Shown here: positions 8,862 through 18,532 of the stretch, piece by piece | How the letters are laid out: each line of letters opens with the position of its first letter | How positions within the stretch are numbered: position 1 is the first letter of the stretch | Made by a program: the position numbers and the translations under genes | Assembly (NCBI GenBank): GCA_045531135.1 | Contig: JAZSDL010000001.1 | Location: 12,720-76,719, forward strand | DNA length: 64,000 nt | Origin: Eubacteriales bacterium | GTDB taxonomy: Bacteria > Bacillota > Clostridia > Oscillospirales > CAG-382 | Direction of reading: 5' to 3' | The notes under the pieces: model-generated | The model's input: the letters and a program-made list of their open reading frames with translations, nothing else | The model's database searches: none | Told to the model about the DNA's origin: nothing

Positions 8862-9800
8862 TTATCTAAAATTCTTATGACAATTTTGTTTCAAAAACGT
8901 TTTGATTTCACAGCTATCTTTATCTTCGTAATATCTAATCAAAAGCTTCTTAAATTCGGGTACCTTTGATTCGGGAATAACAAGCAAACCGCCCGCTTTG
9001 GAAATTAAATAGTGATTTGCGAAAATTACCGATGCCCGTTTATTGCCGTCGTTGAAAATCTGCGTTCTCATACAGTATAAACAAAGTTCGATAGCAGTGT
9101 CTATCGGTTCCGCACTTGCATTTATAATAGATAAAATATTTTCAATAACAACGGTTTCAATGGGAAGTTGTGGAATGTAAGAAGTGCCGCCGATAGTTAC
9201 AGGAACACCGCGGACTCTTCCGCCGTTTTCGAAAAAACCCTCATTTACAAGCTTTGCAATATGGCAAAGGATAGAATAATCGCTTTTTATCTGTAATACA
9301 TCTTTATCTAAAATAAACTCCCAAGCGTGATTAAGATTTAATATTTTTTGCACATCAGTTGAGGTCACACCATTTACCTTGCCATTTTCAATAATATCCT
9401 CGGTCTGCGGAAAAGAGGTTGCAACTCCCTCTAAAACCGCCTGCTCGTAAATAGATAATTTCATATTAATTCGAGCAAAATCAAGGTTGAGCATTACATC
9501 AGGCGATAATTCGTTTTCAATAAATCCAATTTCAGCAAGTGCCTTTTCAAGCTTGCGAATTTGCTTTCGTAATTCCTTTGCCTCCGCATTGCCCCTAAGC
9601 AATAACTGATATAACGTATCCGAATATACGTCAACATAAGTAGAGGTTACTCGGCTACCGACTCGTTTGCGAACATATAAGTATTTACCGCTTTTATTTT
9701 CTTTGATTTCAGGCGTGCCGTCATAAGCCAATAAGTTAAGACGAGCATATAAATCTGCGCGCTGTTGCAACAACTCTCGTATTTCGAGATAGTTATTCAT
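8862..9800 (-). CDS. Fic/Doc-family protein with degenerate motif and extra N-terminal domain
   Basis: TQIFNDGNKRAS vs HxFxDGNKR; AVLEG, GGRVRGVPVTIGGTSYIP Fic core elements. Confidence 0.8.
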   Translation of the reverse strand: MNNYLEIRELLQQRADLYARLNLLAYDGTPEIKENKSGKYLYVRKRVGSRVTSTYVDVYSDTLYQLLLRGNAEAKELRKQIRKLEKALAEIGFIENELSPDVMLNLDFARINMKLSIYEQAVLEGVATSFPQTEDIIENGKVNGVTSTDVQKILNLNHAWEFILDKDVLQIKSDYSILCHIAKLVNEGFFENGGRVRGVPVTIGGTSYIPQLPIETVVIENILSIINASAEPIDTAIELCLYCMRTQIFNDGNKRASVIFANHYLISKAGGLLVIPESKVPEFKKLLIRYYEDKDSCEIKTFLKQNCHKNFR

Positions 9801-9810
9801 ATCAAACTCC

Positions 9811-9863
9811 TTTTAGGGAACATTTCTTGAATTTATTATAATAATTGTTCCCTAAAATGTCAA
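9811..9863 (-). promoter_or_regulatory. Consensus sigma-A promoter of the fic gene with a 12-bp inverted-repeat operator
   Basis: Minus strand TTGACA (9863-9858)-17-TATAAT (9840-9835); TTTTAGGGAACA (9811-9822) / TGTTCCCTAAAA (9846-9857). Confidence 0.75.
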
Positions 9864-9897
9864 GTGTATTCTTTTTCCAAAAAGTAAATATCAATCA

Positions 9898-9926
9898 GTA
9901 TAAATCTACTTGTTTTACAGATACTA
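9898..9926 (+). promoter_or_regulatory. Possible sigma-G-type promoter of spoVT
   Basis: GTATA-17-GATACTA resembles GNATA..CATACTA. Confidence 0.4.
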
Positions 9927-9964
9927 ACAGTACAAATTTGTAAAGCAAGGAGATTTTATATATT

Positions 9965-10495
9965 ATGAAAGCAACAGGTATTGTACGCCGTATAGACGAC
10001 CTTGGTCGTGTTGTTATTCCGAAAGAGATTCGCAGGACGATGCGGATTCGTGAGGGAGATCCGTTGGAGATATATACCGAAAGTGACGGTAGTGTGGTTT
10101 TTCGCAAGTATTCGCAGATCGGGGAGATGAGCAGGGTATCGAGCGAGTATGCCGAGGCGATAAACAAATCAAGCGGTATACCGATAGCTATCTGCGACCG
10201 CGACAGCGTTATCGCGGTGGCGGGGGTATCGCGCAGGGAGTATCTTGAAAAGCCGATTTCAAGCGGACTTTCGGGCGTGTTGTCAAGCCGCAAGAGCTAT
10301 TCTGCCGGCAGCGGCGGCGAGGTGACTGTCACCGACGGCGGCACCGAGGTAAGCTATCTTTCACCGATAGTTAACGAGGGCAACGTTATCGGCGCGGTAA
10401 TGTCTTTGAAGCAAGAGGGAAAATCGCCCGACGGAAGCGAGAAAAAGCTTATTGATACCGGCGCGTATTTTATTTCCTCTCAAACAAACGTATAA
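9965..10495 (+). CDS. spoVT: Stage V sporulation protein T (AbrB-like N-terminus + GAF-like domain)
   Basis: MKATGIVRRIDDLGRVVIPKEIRRTMRIREGDPLEIY...ICDRD.VIAVAG. Confidence 0.88.
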   Translation: MKATGIVRRIDDLGRVVIPKEIRRTMRIREGDPLEIYTESDGSVVFRKYSQIGEMSRVSSEYAEAINKSSGIPIAICDRDSVIAVAGVSRREYLEKPISSGLSGVLSSRKSYSAGSGGEVTVTDGGTEVSYLSPIVNEGNVIGAVMSLKQEGKSPDGSEKKLIDTGAYFISSQTNV

Positions 10496-10537
10496 AAAAA
10501 TCGGGATATCTTCAAAAAAGATGTCCCGATTTTTTTA
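10494..10537. terminator. Bidirectional terminator
   Basis: AAAAAAATCGGGATATCTT...AAGATGTCCCGATTTTTTT. Confidence 0.8.
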
Positions 10538-11431
10538 TAGAGCATTTTGTATCAGCTGAATAACCACACCCGAGCCCGCGCCGATGATATAAATCAGAGC
10601 GAGGATAGTGAGGTTTGATTTCAACCCCTTGTTCACACGGAACAGAACGATAAGCCCCGCGCCTGCGGCGGCGCAAAGACCGGAGATGACCGAGCCCAAG
10701 CTGATTGCCGAATCGATGTACAGCCGCGCCAATATTACCGACGGCGCACAGGTGGGTATAAGCCCGATAAGTGCGGTAAAAAGCGGCTGGAAAATGCTGT
10801 CGGTAAGCATAAATTCCTGTAATTTTGCCTCGCCGATAAGGTCGATAACATATTCGAACAAAGCAGTTGTGGCAAAAAGGAAAAACCACACCGAAACGGT
10901 ACGCTTTGCGGTACATTTGACGATCGATTTCCAATCGGTATGGCTGCAGCAGTGTTCCTCACCGATAAGCTCCTCATCCTCGCAGGAATCGTCGTGGTGA
11001 TGACAGTGGTGACATTCCTCTTTGTCGGTCCTGCGGCGGATAATAAGGTCGATCATATAACCCGCAATAACGGCAACTGCTAATTTGATCGCAATTATTA
11101 AAAGTATATCCAAAAATCTTTCGGGTGTGGTGAGCAGTATAAGCAACGCCTCGTCCGAGGTCGAGAGATATATCGCAATAAGCGTGCCGAGCGTGATGAC
11201 GCGCTTTGCATAAAAATTAGATCCGATCACCGAAAAGCCGCATTGAGGCACAATGCCGAGCAGAGCGCCCGCGATAGGACCTGTATGCCTTGCTTTTTCT
11301 ATTATCGAAGAACTTTTTTCCTCGAACCTTGTTTCCAGAAACTCAAGCACAAGAAATGCAATTATGAGAAACGGAAGCATTTTCAGCGTGTCGAGCAGCG
11401 CGTGTTGAAGCGCGTGTATAATTTCGTGCAT
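10535..11431 (-). CDS. Putative metal (manganese-type) permease with His/Cys-rich loop
   Basis: GIVPQCGFS, STSDEA, GLIPTCAPS motifs; CHHCHHHDD..EHCCSH loop; multiple TM segments; start reassigned to MHEIIH. Confidence 0.7.
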   Translation of the reverse strand: MHEIIHALQHALLDTLKMLPFLIIAFLVLEFLETRFEEKSSSIIEKARHTGPIAGALLGIVPQCGFSVIGSNFYAKRVITLGTLIAIYLSTSDEALLILLTTPERFLDILLIIAIKLAVAVIAGYMIDLIIRRRTDKEECHHCHHHDDSCEDEELIGEEHCCSHTDWKSIVKCTAKRTVSVWFFLFATTALFEYVIDLIGEAKLQEFMLTDSIFQPLFTALIGLIPTCAPSVILARLYIDSAISLGSVISGLCAAAGAGLIVLFRVNKGLKSNLTILALIYIIGAGSGVVIQLIQNAL

Positions 11432-11536
11432 TGTTTTATTTCCCAAATAACTTGATAAAGTTATTATACAACTAACATCAAATTTGTCAAGAAAAAAGTG
11501 CCTCGCTTTTTGCAAGGCACTTTTGATATGCGGTTA

Positions 11537-12268
11537 TTACGGAGATACTACGTTGGTATCGCCCAACGAGTTGCTTCCGGTTATAGTAAGCTTGGCACCG
11601 TTTCCGTCGGATTCGCGAACCGAAACGTCGCCCAACGAGTTGCGGATTTTATTCGTTACCATCCAATCGGCGGGGATATGAATATCGGTCTCGCCTAAGC
11701 TGTTCGAGATATCGAGGAAAAACTCGTCCTCGGAGGTTAGATTGTCGGTGTTCTGATAATAAACCGACGTTGCGCCGAGAGAGTTTTTGACATAGCTTTT
11801 TTTGATCTGCTCGGCATCGATAAATACGGTGTTTGTTGACAAGCTGTTGTTGTCCACCGATTCGAAGCCGTTATAAAGACGGTCGGTTTTTCTCAACCCG
11901 AAAAACTTATCGGTGCGTTTCTTTTTTGGAATGATAAAGTTTATTGCAACGCTTGCAAGCAATGCCGCAAAAATCACGAGCCAGTTGTTAAGAAAATCGT
12001 CATTGGGCATACCGCACCATTTTGCTATTTCCTTTTCAAGCAGGATGAACAAAAATGCAAGCGGAAAGAATATTCTGAATCTCTCGCGCAGGGATTTTCC
12101 GAAAAACACCTTTGAAATTATCCATGCTACGATAACCGAGCCGATAAGCAGCTTGTATATCGGCATTCCGAACAGCGATGCGCCGAAGCCCATCCCGTAA
12201 AATATCATCGCAACAGCCGCAATGAGCAACAAAACACCGATAAATACCTTTTGTACTCTTCCTGTCAT
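11537..12268 (-). CDS. LiaF-like membrane protein (4 TM + beta-repeat C-terminus), partner of LytTR regulator
   Basis: N-terminal TM helices; repeated NSLG-x motifs, IHIPADW. Confidence 0.65.
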   Translation of the reverse strand: MTGRVQKVFIGVLLLIAAVAMIFYGMGFGASLFGMPIYKLLIGSVIVAWIISKVFFGKSLRERFRIFFPLAFLFILLEKEIAKWCGMPNDDFLNNWLVIFAALLASVAINFIIPKKKRTDKFFGLRKTDRLYNGFESVDNNSLSTNTVFIDAEQIKKSYVKNSLGATSVYYQNTDNLTSEDEFFLDISNSLGETDIHIPADWMVTNKIRNSLGDVSVRESDGNGAKLTITGSNSLGDTNVVSP

Positions 12269-12723
12269 TACCTTAACCTCATTTCATTGATTTTGTCTTT
12301 GAACGTCTTGTAATACGAGCGCGAAATATAAACCATTTTCGCGGTGTCGGGGAAATATGCCTCGCAGATCCCCGTTATGTCGCGGTGTATCGAGGATACC
12401 GCGTTTAAATTGATGATCGAGGATTTTGATATTCTCATAAAGCTGTTCGGCAACCGTTGCTCGAGCTCATAAAGCTTCAGATCGGAGTAATACATACGCT
12501 CCTTTGTATGCGCAACGGTCTTATTGCCCGACGTTTCAAAAAACAGGATGCTGTCTGTCCTGACGAAGTGGATGTTACCGTGCAGCTCCAGCTCAAGCTC
12601 GTTGCTTTCGTCGGATGACAAAAGCTTTTGCAAACGCAACACGTCATCGTTCATCTGCTTACAGCGGATGATAATCTCCTCGTCGTTATCGGGCGAGACG
12701 TCGATCTTCACCTTAAACCCCAC
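12268..12723 (-). CDS. Stand-alone LytTR DNA-binding regulator
   Basis: ILFFET, LYELEQRLPNSFMRISKSSIIN, ISRSY; GTG start after AGGAGG. Confidence 0.88.
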   Translation of the reverse strand: MGFKVKIDVSPDNDEEIIIRCKQMNDDVLRLQKLLSSDESNELELELHGNIHFVRTDSILFFETSGNKTVAHTKERMYYSDLKLYELEQRLPNSFMRISKSSIINLNAVSSIHRDITGICEAYFPDTAKMVYISRSYYKTFKDKINEMRLR

Positions 12724-12745
12724 GGCAACTCCTCCTTTCGATAAT

Positions 12746-12814
12746 ATTATAAATATCTTCACGCGCTTTGTCAAAGGTTTTGGGGTAAGTGGCAGAAATT
12801 TGCGGGTAAAATGT
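12746..12814 (-). promoter_or_regulatory. lytTR promoter with 9-12-9 direct repeat
   Basis: Minus strand ACATTTTAC-12 nt-GCCACTTAC (12814-12785), then TTGACA (12774-12769)-17-TATAAT (12751-12746). Confidence 0.6.
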
Positions 12815-12901
12815 AAATAATCTGCGATTATGGTGTAAAGATACTTGCCAAAAATAAAAGCATGTGTTAAAATGATCGGGAACTTTATTACGGAGGTTAT
12901 T

Positions 12902-13579
12902 ATGGAAAAAACCGAAAAAATGTCTGCTCGTGAGTGGATGGAGAATATATGGTATCACTATAAATGGCTGATAATTTTCGGCGGTATGCTTGTTATCTTT
13001 TTGATTCTCAGCTTATCGCAGATATTTTCTTCCAAGGATCCCGACGTTAATATACTTCACGTCGGACCGATGTATATCTCGGCTACCGCAGCGGAACAGC
13101 TCGAGGCGACAATGGCGGATTTTGCCGAGGACTATAACGGCGACGGAAACATAAAGGTCGGTATACTTGACATAACCGTCAACAAGTTTGGAAACGAGGA
13201 TGCCGGCATCGATCCTGTCAACTATGACCATAACAACAAGGGCCTTCAACGTTTTCAGACCGAGATACGCGCGGGTGATACCGTGATATATGCGCTTGAT
13301 AAAGAATTTTTTGATGTTTGTATTGAGGAGGATTTGCTGACTCCTCTCGATGAGATCATAGACGATGCATATATGCCCGAGAACACTGTCGACGGTTACG
13401 GCGTTTATATGAAGGACCTGAAGGTAAAGGAGCTTAAGGGTTTTGACAGTATTCCCGAGACTGCGATCCTTTGTATACGTCGCTCGCCCGATAAAGACGA
13501 TATTAAATATGGCAGAAGTATGGATACCTGGCGCGCCAACCGCGACACTTTTGTGAATATCATTAAATACGGACAGTAA
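12902..13579 (+). CDS. Membrane-anchored hypothetical protein (solute-binding-protein-like)
   Basis: ENIWYHYKW followed by one TM helix; GGAGG RBS before ATG 12902. Confidence 0.55.
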   Translation: MEKTEKMSAREWMENIWYHYKWLIIFGGMLVIFLILSLSQIFSSKDPDVNILHVGPMYISATAAEQLEATMADFAEDYNGDGNIKVGILDITVNKFGNEDAGIDPVNYDHNNKGLQRFQTEIRAGDTVIYALDKEFFDVCIEEDLLTPLDEIIDDAYMPENTVDGYGVYMKDLKVKELKGFDSIPETAILCIRRSPDKDDIKYGRSMDTWRANRDTFVNIIKYGQ

Positions 13580-13653
13580 ATTTGCTATTGCAAAATCCGA
13601 TTTGCTGTGATATAATGAATCTAATCGTTAAATAATCCGGAGGATTTTTAAAA

Positions 13654-15840
13654 ATGAGCAACAAAGTTATTGCCAAGCAGAAGAAGACGATAATACTCAA
13701 TTCGATTCTTTGCGTTTTCATTTTGGCCGCTATCTTATTTGTGGGTTGCGATAGTTATTTTCATCGTAACGATCCGTACAAAAGTTTTAAAGACAAATCT
13801 TTTGCGGAAGCATTTGCACAGGCACTCGGCAAAGAGAGCGTTCGCGACCTTACCGAGGAGGATCTCGACAAGGTACAGTCTCTCGTTTATTACTATTCTG
13901 TCGGTAACGATGCGCAGAATAACTATCAGACCTATGCATATCCTGTCGTTATGCTCGGCTATGAGCAGATGGCTAACGATATCATCGCAAACTCGCAGGA
14001 GGAACCCGCAGAGGGCTCTTATGTGGTTCTCAACTATCAGTTGACCGAGGCGGAGGATATTACCCTCTTTAAGAATCTTCGCGTATTGCGCACGTTTGAC
14101 CTTGCGGAAGTTTCGAGCATGCAGCAGGGTTGCTACTATACCCAGCTTTACAACGCTTACGGTATGGGTACGACTGCTATTCCTTTCGATACACTTGTAG
14201 AAAGTGCAGCTCTTAAGGATCTTAAAAAGCTCGATCAGCTTTCTTCTCTTACCAAACTCGAGCAGATCTCGCTTCAGTATACCGGTGTAACCTCTCTCGA
14301 GGGCATCGACAAGTTTGAGAATCTTACCAAGGTGGATATCGGTAACACTCAGATCACCGATTTTGCACCCCTCTCCAAGTTGGATGCTCTTACCGACCTT
14401 ACACTTGTACAGATGGGCGACCAGACTCTCCCCGAGACCGAAAAGACCGAGTCCGAGGATGATGAGGAAGAAAAGCACACTCATGTAGGTATCACCGACA
14501 TTTCTGCGCTTGCATCGCTCACCAATATCAAGAACCTCAACATTTCGGGCAACTCTATTTCCGATATCAGCGCACTCAAGAATATGACCAAGCTCGAAAC
14601 TCTTACCATGAACAGCAACTGTGTTGAGAATCTTGATGCACTTTCGGGCATCACCACTCTCACCGGCGTTTCGGCTATCAGCAACCACCTTACCGATATT
14701 GGCGGTATCAAGGATTGCGCAAATCTTGAGAGCATCTACGCAAGCGGCAACAAGCTCACCGATATCAGCGCACTTGCAAATTGCACAAAGATCACCGCTA
14801 TCAGCGTTTACGATAACGAGATCACCGAGATCGGCGATCTTTCGGGACTTGCCGAGCTTACCACTTTTGATGCTTATACCAACAAGATCACCGATATCAG
14901 CAAGCTCGCCGGATGTAAGAAGCTCACCTCTATCAACGTTTACGATAACGAGATCACCACTATCGGCGATCTTTCCGAGCTTGATGAGCTTACTACCGTT
15001 TCTCTCTACAACAACAAGATCACCGACCTCAACGGTCTTAACGGCTGTGCTAAGCTCGCTACCGTCGAGGCATATAACAATCTCCTCGAGGGCAAGCTCG
15101 ATCTTACCGAGTGCCCCGAGCTCACCACTCTTAACATCTACGTAGAAGAAGAGGATGAGGAAGAAGCAAAGGACGAGGACAAGAAGGAAGAAACCGAGGA
15201 TACCTCCGACGAAACTTCCGAGGAAACCTCTGACGAATCGGCTGACGAAACCACTTCCGAGGAAGTAACCGAGGAAACCACTACCGAGGAGACTACCGAC
15301 GAAGAAGTGACCGAGGAAGAATCCGAGGAAACCGTTGTGGGTCTTACCGAGCTCGTTATCAACGGTCTTAAGAAACTCACTACCGTTAATGCGGCAGGTA
15401 ATGCCATCGCAACTATTCCCGAGATGGTTGACTGCGAAAAGCTCACTACTCTCGATCTTAGCAGAAATGCTCTTACCGAAGTAGGCAAGGTCGAGACCGG
15501 CAAGGCTCTTACCTCGCTCAGCCTTAGCGACAACGCTATTACCGATATCAGCGCGCTTAAGGATTCCACCGCGCTTACCACTCTTAACCTTGCGAACAAC
15601 AAGATTACCGATATCAGCGCGATCGCAACTCTTACCTCGCTTACCTCGCTTGATCTCAGCGGCAACGCGGATCTTGATAAGCTCGAGGCACTTGACGGAT
15701 TCCCGACAACCACCTCTCTCGATCTCAAGATCGTAGGCACCAAGGTTGCTGAGGATGAGGATGCCATTAAGGCACTTCAGGAAAAATTCACCACTATGAA
15801 GATTACCTACGTCGAAGAAAAAACAGAAGAAAATAAATAA
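13654..15840 (+). CDS. Internalin-like leucine-rich-repeat surface protein (possible lipoprotein)
   Basis: Many 22-aa LxxLxLxxNxITDISAL repeats; N-terminal hydrophobic segment ending FVGC; acidic E/T/D insert. Confidence 0.85.
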   Translation: MSNKVIAKQKKTIILNSILCVFILAAILFVGCDSYFHRNDPYKSFKDKSFAEAFAQALGKESVRDLTEEDLDKVQSLVYYYSVGNDAQNNYQTYAYPVVMLGYEQMANDIIANSQEEPAEGSYVVLNYQLTEAEDITLFKNLRVLRTFDLAEVSSMQQGCYYTQLYNAYGMGTTAIPFDTLVESAALKDLKKLDQLSSLTKLEQISLQYTGVTSLEGIDKFENLTKVDIGNTQITDFAPLSKLDALTDLTLVQMGDQTLPETEKTESEDDEEEKHTHVGITDISALASLTNIKNLNISGNSISDISALKNMTKLETLTMNSNCVENLDALSGITTLTGVSAISNHLTDIGGIKDCANLESIYASGNKLTDISALANCTKITAISVYDNEITEIGDLSGLAELTTFDAYTNKITDISKLAGCKKLTSINVYDNEITTIGDLSELDELTTVSLYNNKITDLNGLNGCAKLATVEAYNNLLEGKLDLTECPELTTLNIYVEEEDEEEAKDEDKKEETEDTSDETSEETSDESADETTSEEVTEETTTEETTDEEVTEEESEETVVGLTELVINGLKKLTTVNAAGNAIATIPEMVDCEKLTTLDLSRNALTEVGKVETGKALTSLSLSDNAITDISALKDSTALTTLNLANNKITDISAIATLTSLTSLDLSGNADLDKLEALDGFPTTTSLDLKIVGTKVAEDEDAIKALQEKFTTMKITYVEEKTEENK

Positions 15841-15912
15841 TTTCGTTGTTAATTAAAACAAGGGCTGCTGCGAAATGCAGCGGCCCTTAAATATTTTTTG
15901 GAGGTATACGTT

Positions 15913-16386
15913 ATGCCGGATATGCTCGTAAAGCTTTATGAACTGCCCGACAGCACTGCACTTTATAAAAAGCTTGAATCTCAGGGTATAAAAATCATTC
16001 GCCCTATGACTCCTAATAAGACCAAGGTGGTAGAATGGGTGCGTGAGCATTTTCACGACGGCTGGGCAGACGAGATTTCTGCCGCTTTCACAAAATTCCC
16101 CGTAAGCTGCTTTATTGCATACGATGTAAACGAGAAGAAGATGCTCGGATTTGCGGGCTACGATTGCACCTACCGTGATTTCTTCGGTCCCACCGGCGTT
16201 GATGAAACTCAGCGCGGCAAGGGCATAGGAGGCGCACTTTTCCTTCGCTGTATGGAGGCAATGCGCGACGAGGGATACGGATATGCCATTATCGGCGGCG
16301 CAGGCCCTGTTGATTTCTACAATAAAGTAGCAGGTGCCACCGTGATCGAGGGCAGTGTCCCCGGAATTTACAAGGATCTATTTTAA
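15913..16386 (+). CDS. GNAT N-acetyltransferase
   Basis: GPTGVDETQRGKGIG motif A; DFYNK. Confidence 0.85.
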   Translation: MPDMLVKLYELPDSTALYKKLESQGIKIIRPMTPNKTKVVEWVREHFHDGWADEISAAFTKFPVSCFIAYDVNEKKMLGFAGYDCTYRDFFGPTGVDETQRGKGIGGALFLRCMEAMRDEGYGYAIIGGAGPVDFYNKVAGATVIEGSVPGIYKDLF

Positions 16387-16407
16387 TTAATTTCAGAGGT
16401 ATATATA

Positions 16408-17484
16408 ATGAGCAAACTCAGAGCCGGAATCATCGGCGCGACCGGTATGGTCGGTCAGAGATTCATTACACTTATTGAGAATCACCCTTATTTTGAAATT
16501 TCCGCGCTTGCGGCAAGTCCCTCTTCGGCAGGAAAGCCCTACGGCGAGGCGGTAAAAGGACGTTGGAAGATGCAGACTCCGCTTTCCGATGCCGTTGCCG
16601 CTATGGAGGTTATCAACGCAGAGGATATTGATGCTGTCAAGGCAAAGGTTGATTTTGTTTTCTGTGCGGTAAATATGCCCAAGGAGCAGATCAAGGCGCT
16701 TGAGGAGGCATACGCAAAGGCGGAGATCCCCGTTATTTCAAACAACTCGGCACACCGCGGAACACCCGACGTTCCTATGCTTATTCCCGAGATCAATTAC
16801 GCTCACAGCGCAATTATAGAGTCGCAGAAAAAACGTCTCGGTACCAAAAAGGGCTTTATTTCGGTAAAACCCAACTGCTCTATCCAGAGCTACGTTCCCG
16901 CACTCGAGCCGCTTCGTAAGTACGGCATCAAGGCGGTTAACGTTACCACGTTCCAGGCGATCTCCGGCGCGGGCAAGACCTTTGATACCTGGCCCGAAAT
17001 GGTTGATAACGTGATTCCTTATATCGGCGGCGAGGAAGAGAAGAGCGAAAAAGAGCCGCTTAAGGTATGGGGCAAGATCGAGGGCGACGTTATTGTAAAT
17101 GCAACTACGCCCGTTATATCGGCTCAGTGTATCCGTGTTCCCGTTGCCGACGGTCACCTTGCCGCTGTTTCGGTAAGCTTTGAGAATAAGCCCTCTGTTG
17201 AGCAGATCAAGAAGGATTGGGCGGAGTATGTTGGCGAGGCACAGCGATTGGAGCTTCCTCACGCACCCGAGAAATTCCTTACTTATTTCGAGGAGGATAA
17301 CCGTCCCCAGACAGGGCTTGACCGCGATCTTTACGGCGGTATGGGTATTTCTATCGGACGTCTCCGCGAGGACACTATCTTTGATTACAAGTTTGTCTGC
17401 CTTTCTCATAACACACTTCGCGGTGCGGCAGGCGGCGCGGTTTTGGGCGCAGAGCTTTTGTACCGTCAGGGCTATCTCTATTAA
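16408..17484 (+). CDS. asd: Aspartate-semialdehyde dehydrogenase
   Basis: GATGMVGQRF, KPNCS, QAISGAG, CIRVPVADGH, HNTLRGAAGG. Confidence 0.95.
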   Translation: MSKLRAGIIGATGMVGQRFITLIENHPYFEISALAASPSSAGKPYGEAVKGRWKMQTPLSDAVAAMEVINAEDIDAVKAKVDFVFCAVNMPKEQIKALEEAYAKAEIPVISNNSAHRGTPDVPMLIPEINYAHSAIIESQKKRLGTKKGFISVKPNCSIQSYVPALEPLRKYGIKAVNVTTFQAISGAGKTFDTWPEMVDNVIPYIGGEEEKSEKEPLKVWGKIEGDVIVNATTPVISAQCIRVPVADGHLAAVSVSFENKPSVEQIKKDWAEYVGEAQRLELPHAPEKFLTYFEEDNRPQTGLDRDLYGGMGISIGRLREDTIFDYKFVCLSHNTLRGAAGGAVLGAELLYRQGYLY

Positions 17485-17498
17485 TTAAAAACATTAAT

Positions 17499-17538
17499 AA
17501 ATCAGTACCGTGTTTAAAAATGCGGTGCTGATTTTTTT
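17499..17538 (+). terminator. Intrinsic terminator after asd
   Basis: AAATCAGTACCG...CGGTGCTGATTTTTTT. Confidence 0.7.
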
Positions 17539-17663
17539 ATGTGATCGACACCGATTTACCCCGAAAAAGCCACGTCGGTATACGAATGCTGTAATAATAA
17601 GGATGCTTGCCTTTTTTGGTGAAAAAAGAGTCGCTTCGTGGCGTTAATTGTTGGCAATTTGTA

Positions 17664-17691
17664 TTGCAATTCTTGGTATTTGTGTTATAAT
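17664..17691 (+). promoter_or_regulatory. Probable sigma-A promoter of polysaccharide operon
   Basis: TTGCAA-16-TATAAT with TG extension. Confidence 0.5.
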
Positions 17692-17752
17692 GGATTATGT
17701 AATGCTATGTCAATACAACAACACGAAATATATATAACGGAGATACGTAAAA

Positions 17753-18511
17753 ATGGACAAGTCGGTTAAAAGCAACGGCGAATTTTATACCATTGATTTT
17801 TTGCATATTGCAAAGGTGCTTTGGAGCAAGATATGGATGATTTTGATATCATCGGTTCTTTGCGCCGCTATCGGTTTTTCGGTTGCCGCGTTTGTTATTG
17901 CCCCTAAATATGCATCCTCGGTAATGCTGTACGTTAACAATAGCTCATTTTCGCTCGGGAATACAAGCTTCAGCATCAGCCCGTCGGAGCTTACTGCGGC
18001 ACAAAGTCTTGCTAAGACCTATATCGTTATATTAAAAAACCGTACAACGCTTAATCAGGTTATCGAAAAGAGCGAGGTCGATTACACCTACGAGGAGATA
18101 GATAAAATGATCTCGGCAAAGACGGTCAACGAGACCGAGGTGCTTCAGATAACCGTAGAGTCTACCGATCCCATCGAGGCAAAGAAGATCGCCAATTGTA
18201 TCGCCGAGATACTTCCCGTAAGGATCGCGGAGATAATCGAGGGTGCATCGATGGAGGTGGTCGACGTTGCGGTTGTCGATAACAAAAAAATCTCTCCGAG
18301 TATAACCGCATTTACGTTTGTCGGATTTCTTTTGGGGCTTGTTGCCTCGGTAGTGACGGTTGCGGTTATCGCGTTGCTTGACGATACCATACACGATGAG
18401 GATTATATACTCCAGAATTACGATTGTCCCGTTCTTGCAAAGATACCCGATCTTGTATCTGCGGATGCAAATCCGTATTCGAACAATTTCCAAAACAAAA
18501 AAACGCTGTAA
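17753..18511 (+). CDS. Polysaccharide chain-length determinant / co-polymerase (CpsC/Wzz-like)
   Basis: IDFLHIAKVLWSK, PKYASS, DPIEAKKIAN, two TM helices, LDDTI...PVLAKIP. Confidence 0.88.
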   Translation: MDKSVKSNGEFYTIDFLHIAKVLWSKIWMILISSVLCAAIGFSVAAFVIAPKYASSVMLYVNNSSFSLGNTSFSISPSELTAAQSLAKTYIVILKNRTTLNQVIEKSEVDYTYEEIDKMISAKTVNETEVLQITVESTDPIEAKKIANCIAEILPVRIAEIIEGASMEVVDVAVVDNKKISPSITAFTFVGFLLGLVASVVTVAVIALLDDTIHDEDYILQNYDCPVLAKIPDLVSADANPYSNNFQNKKTL

Positions 18512-18532
18512 CAGAAAGTCGGTGATGCAGAG

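Noticed and set aside
13735-15767. Long minus-strand ORFs, including a Ser-rich 209-aa one
   Set aside because: Shadows of the LRR gene and its acidic repeat
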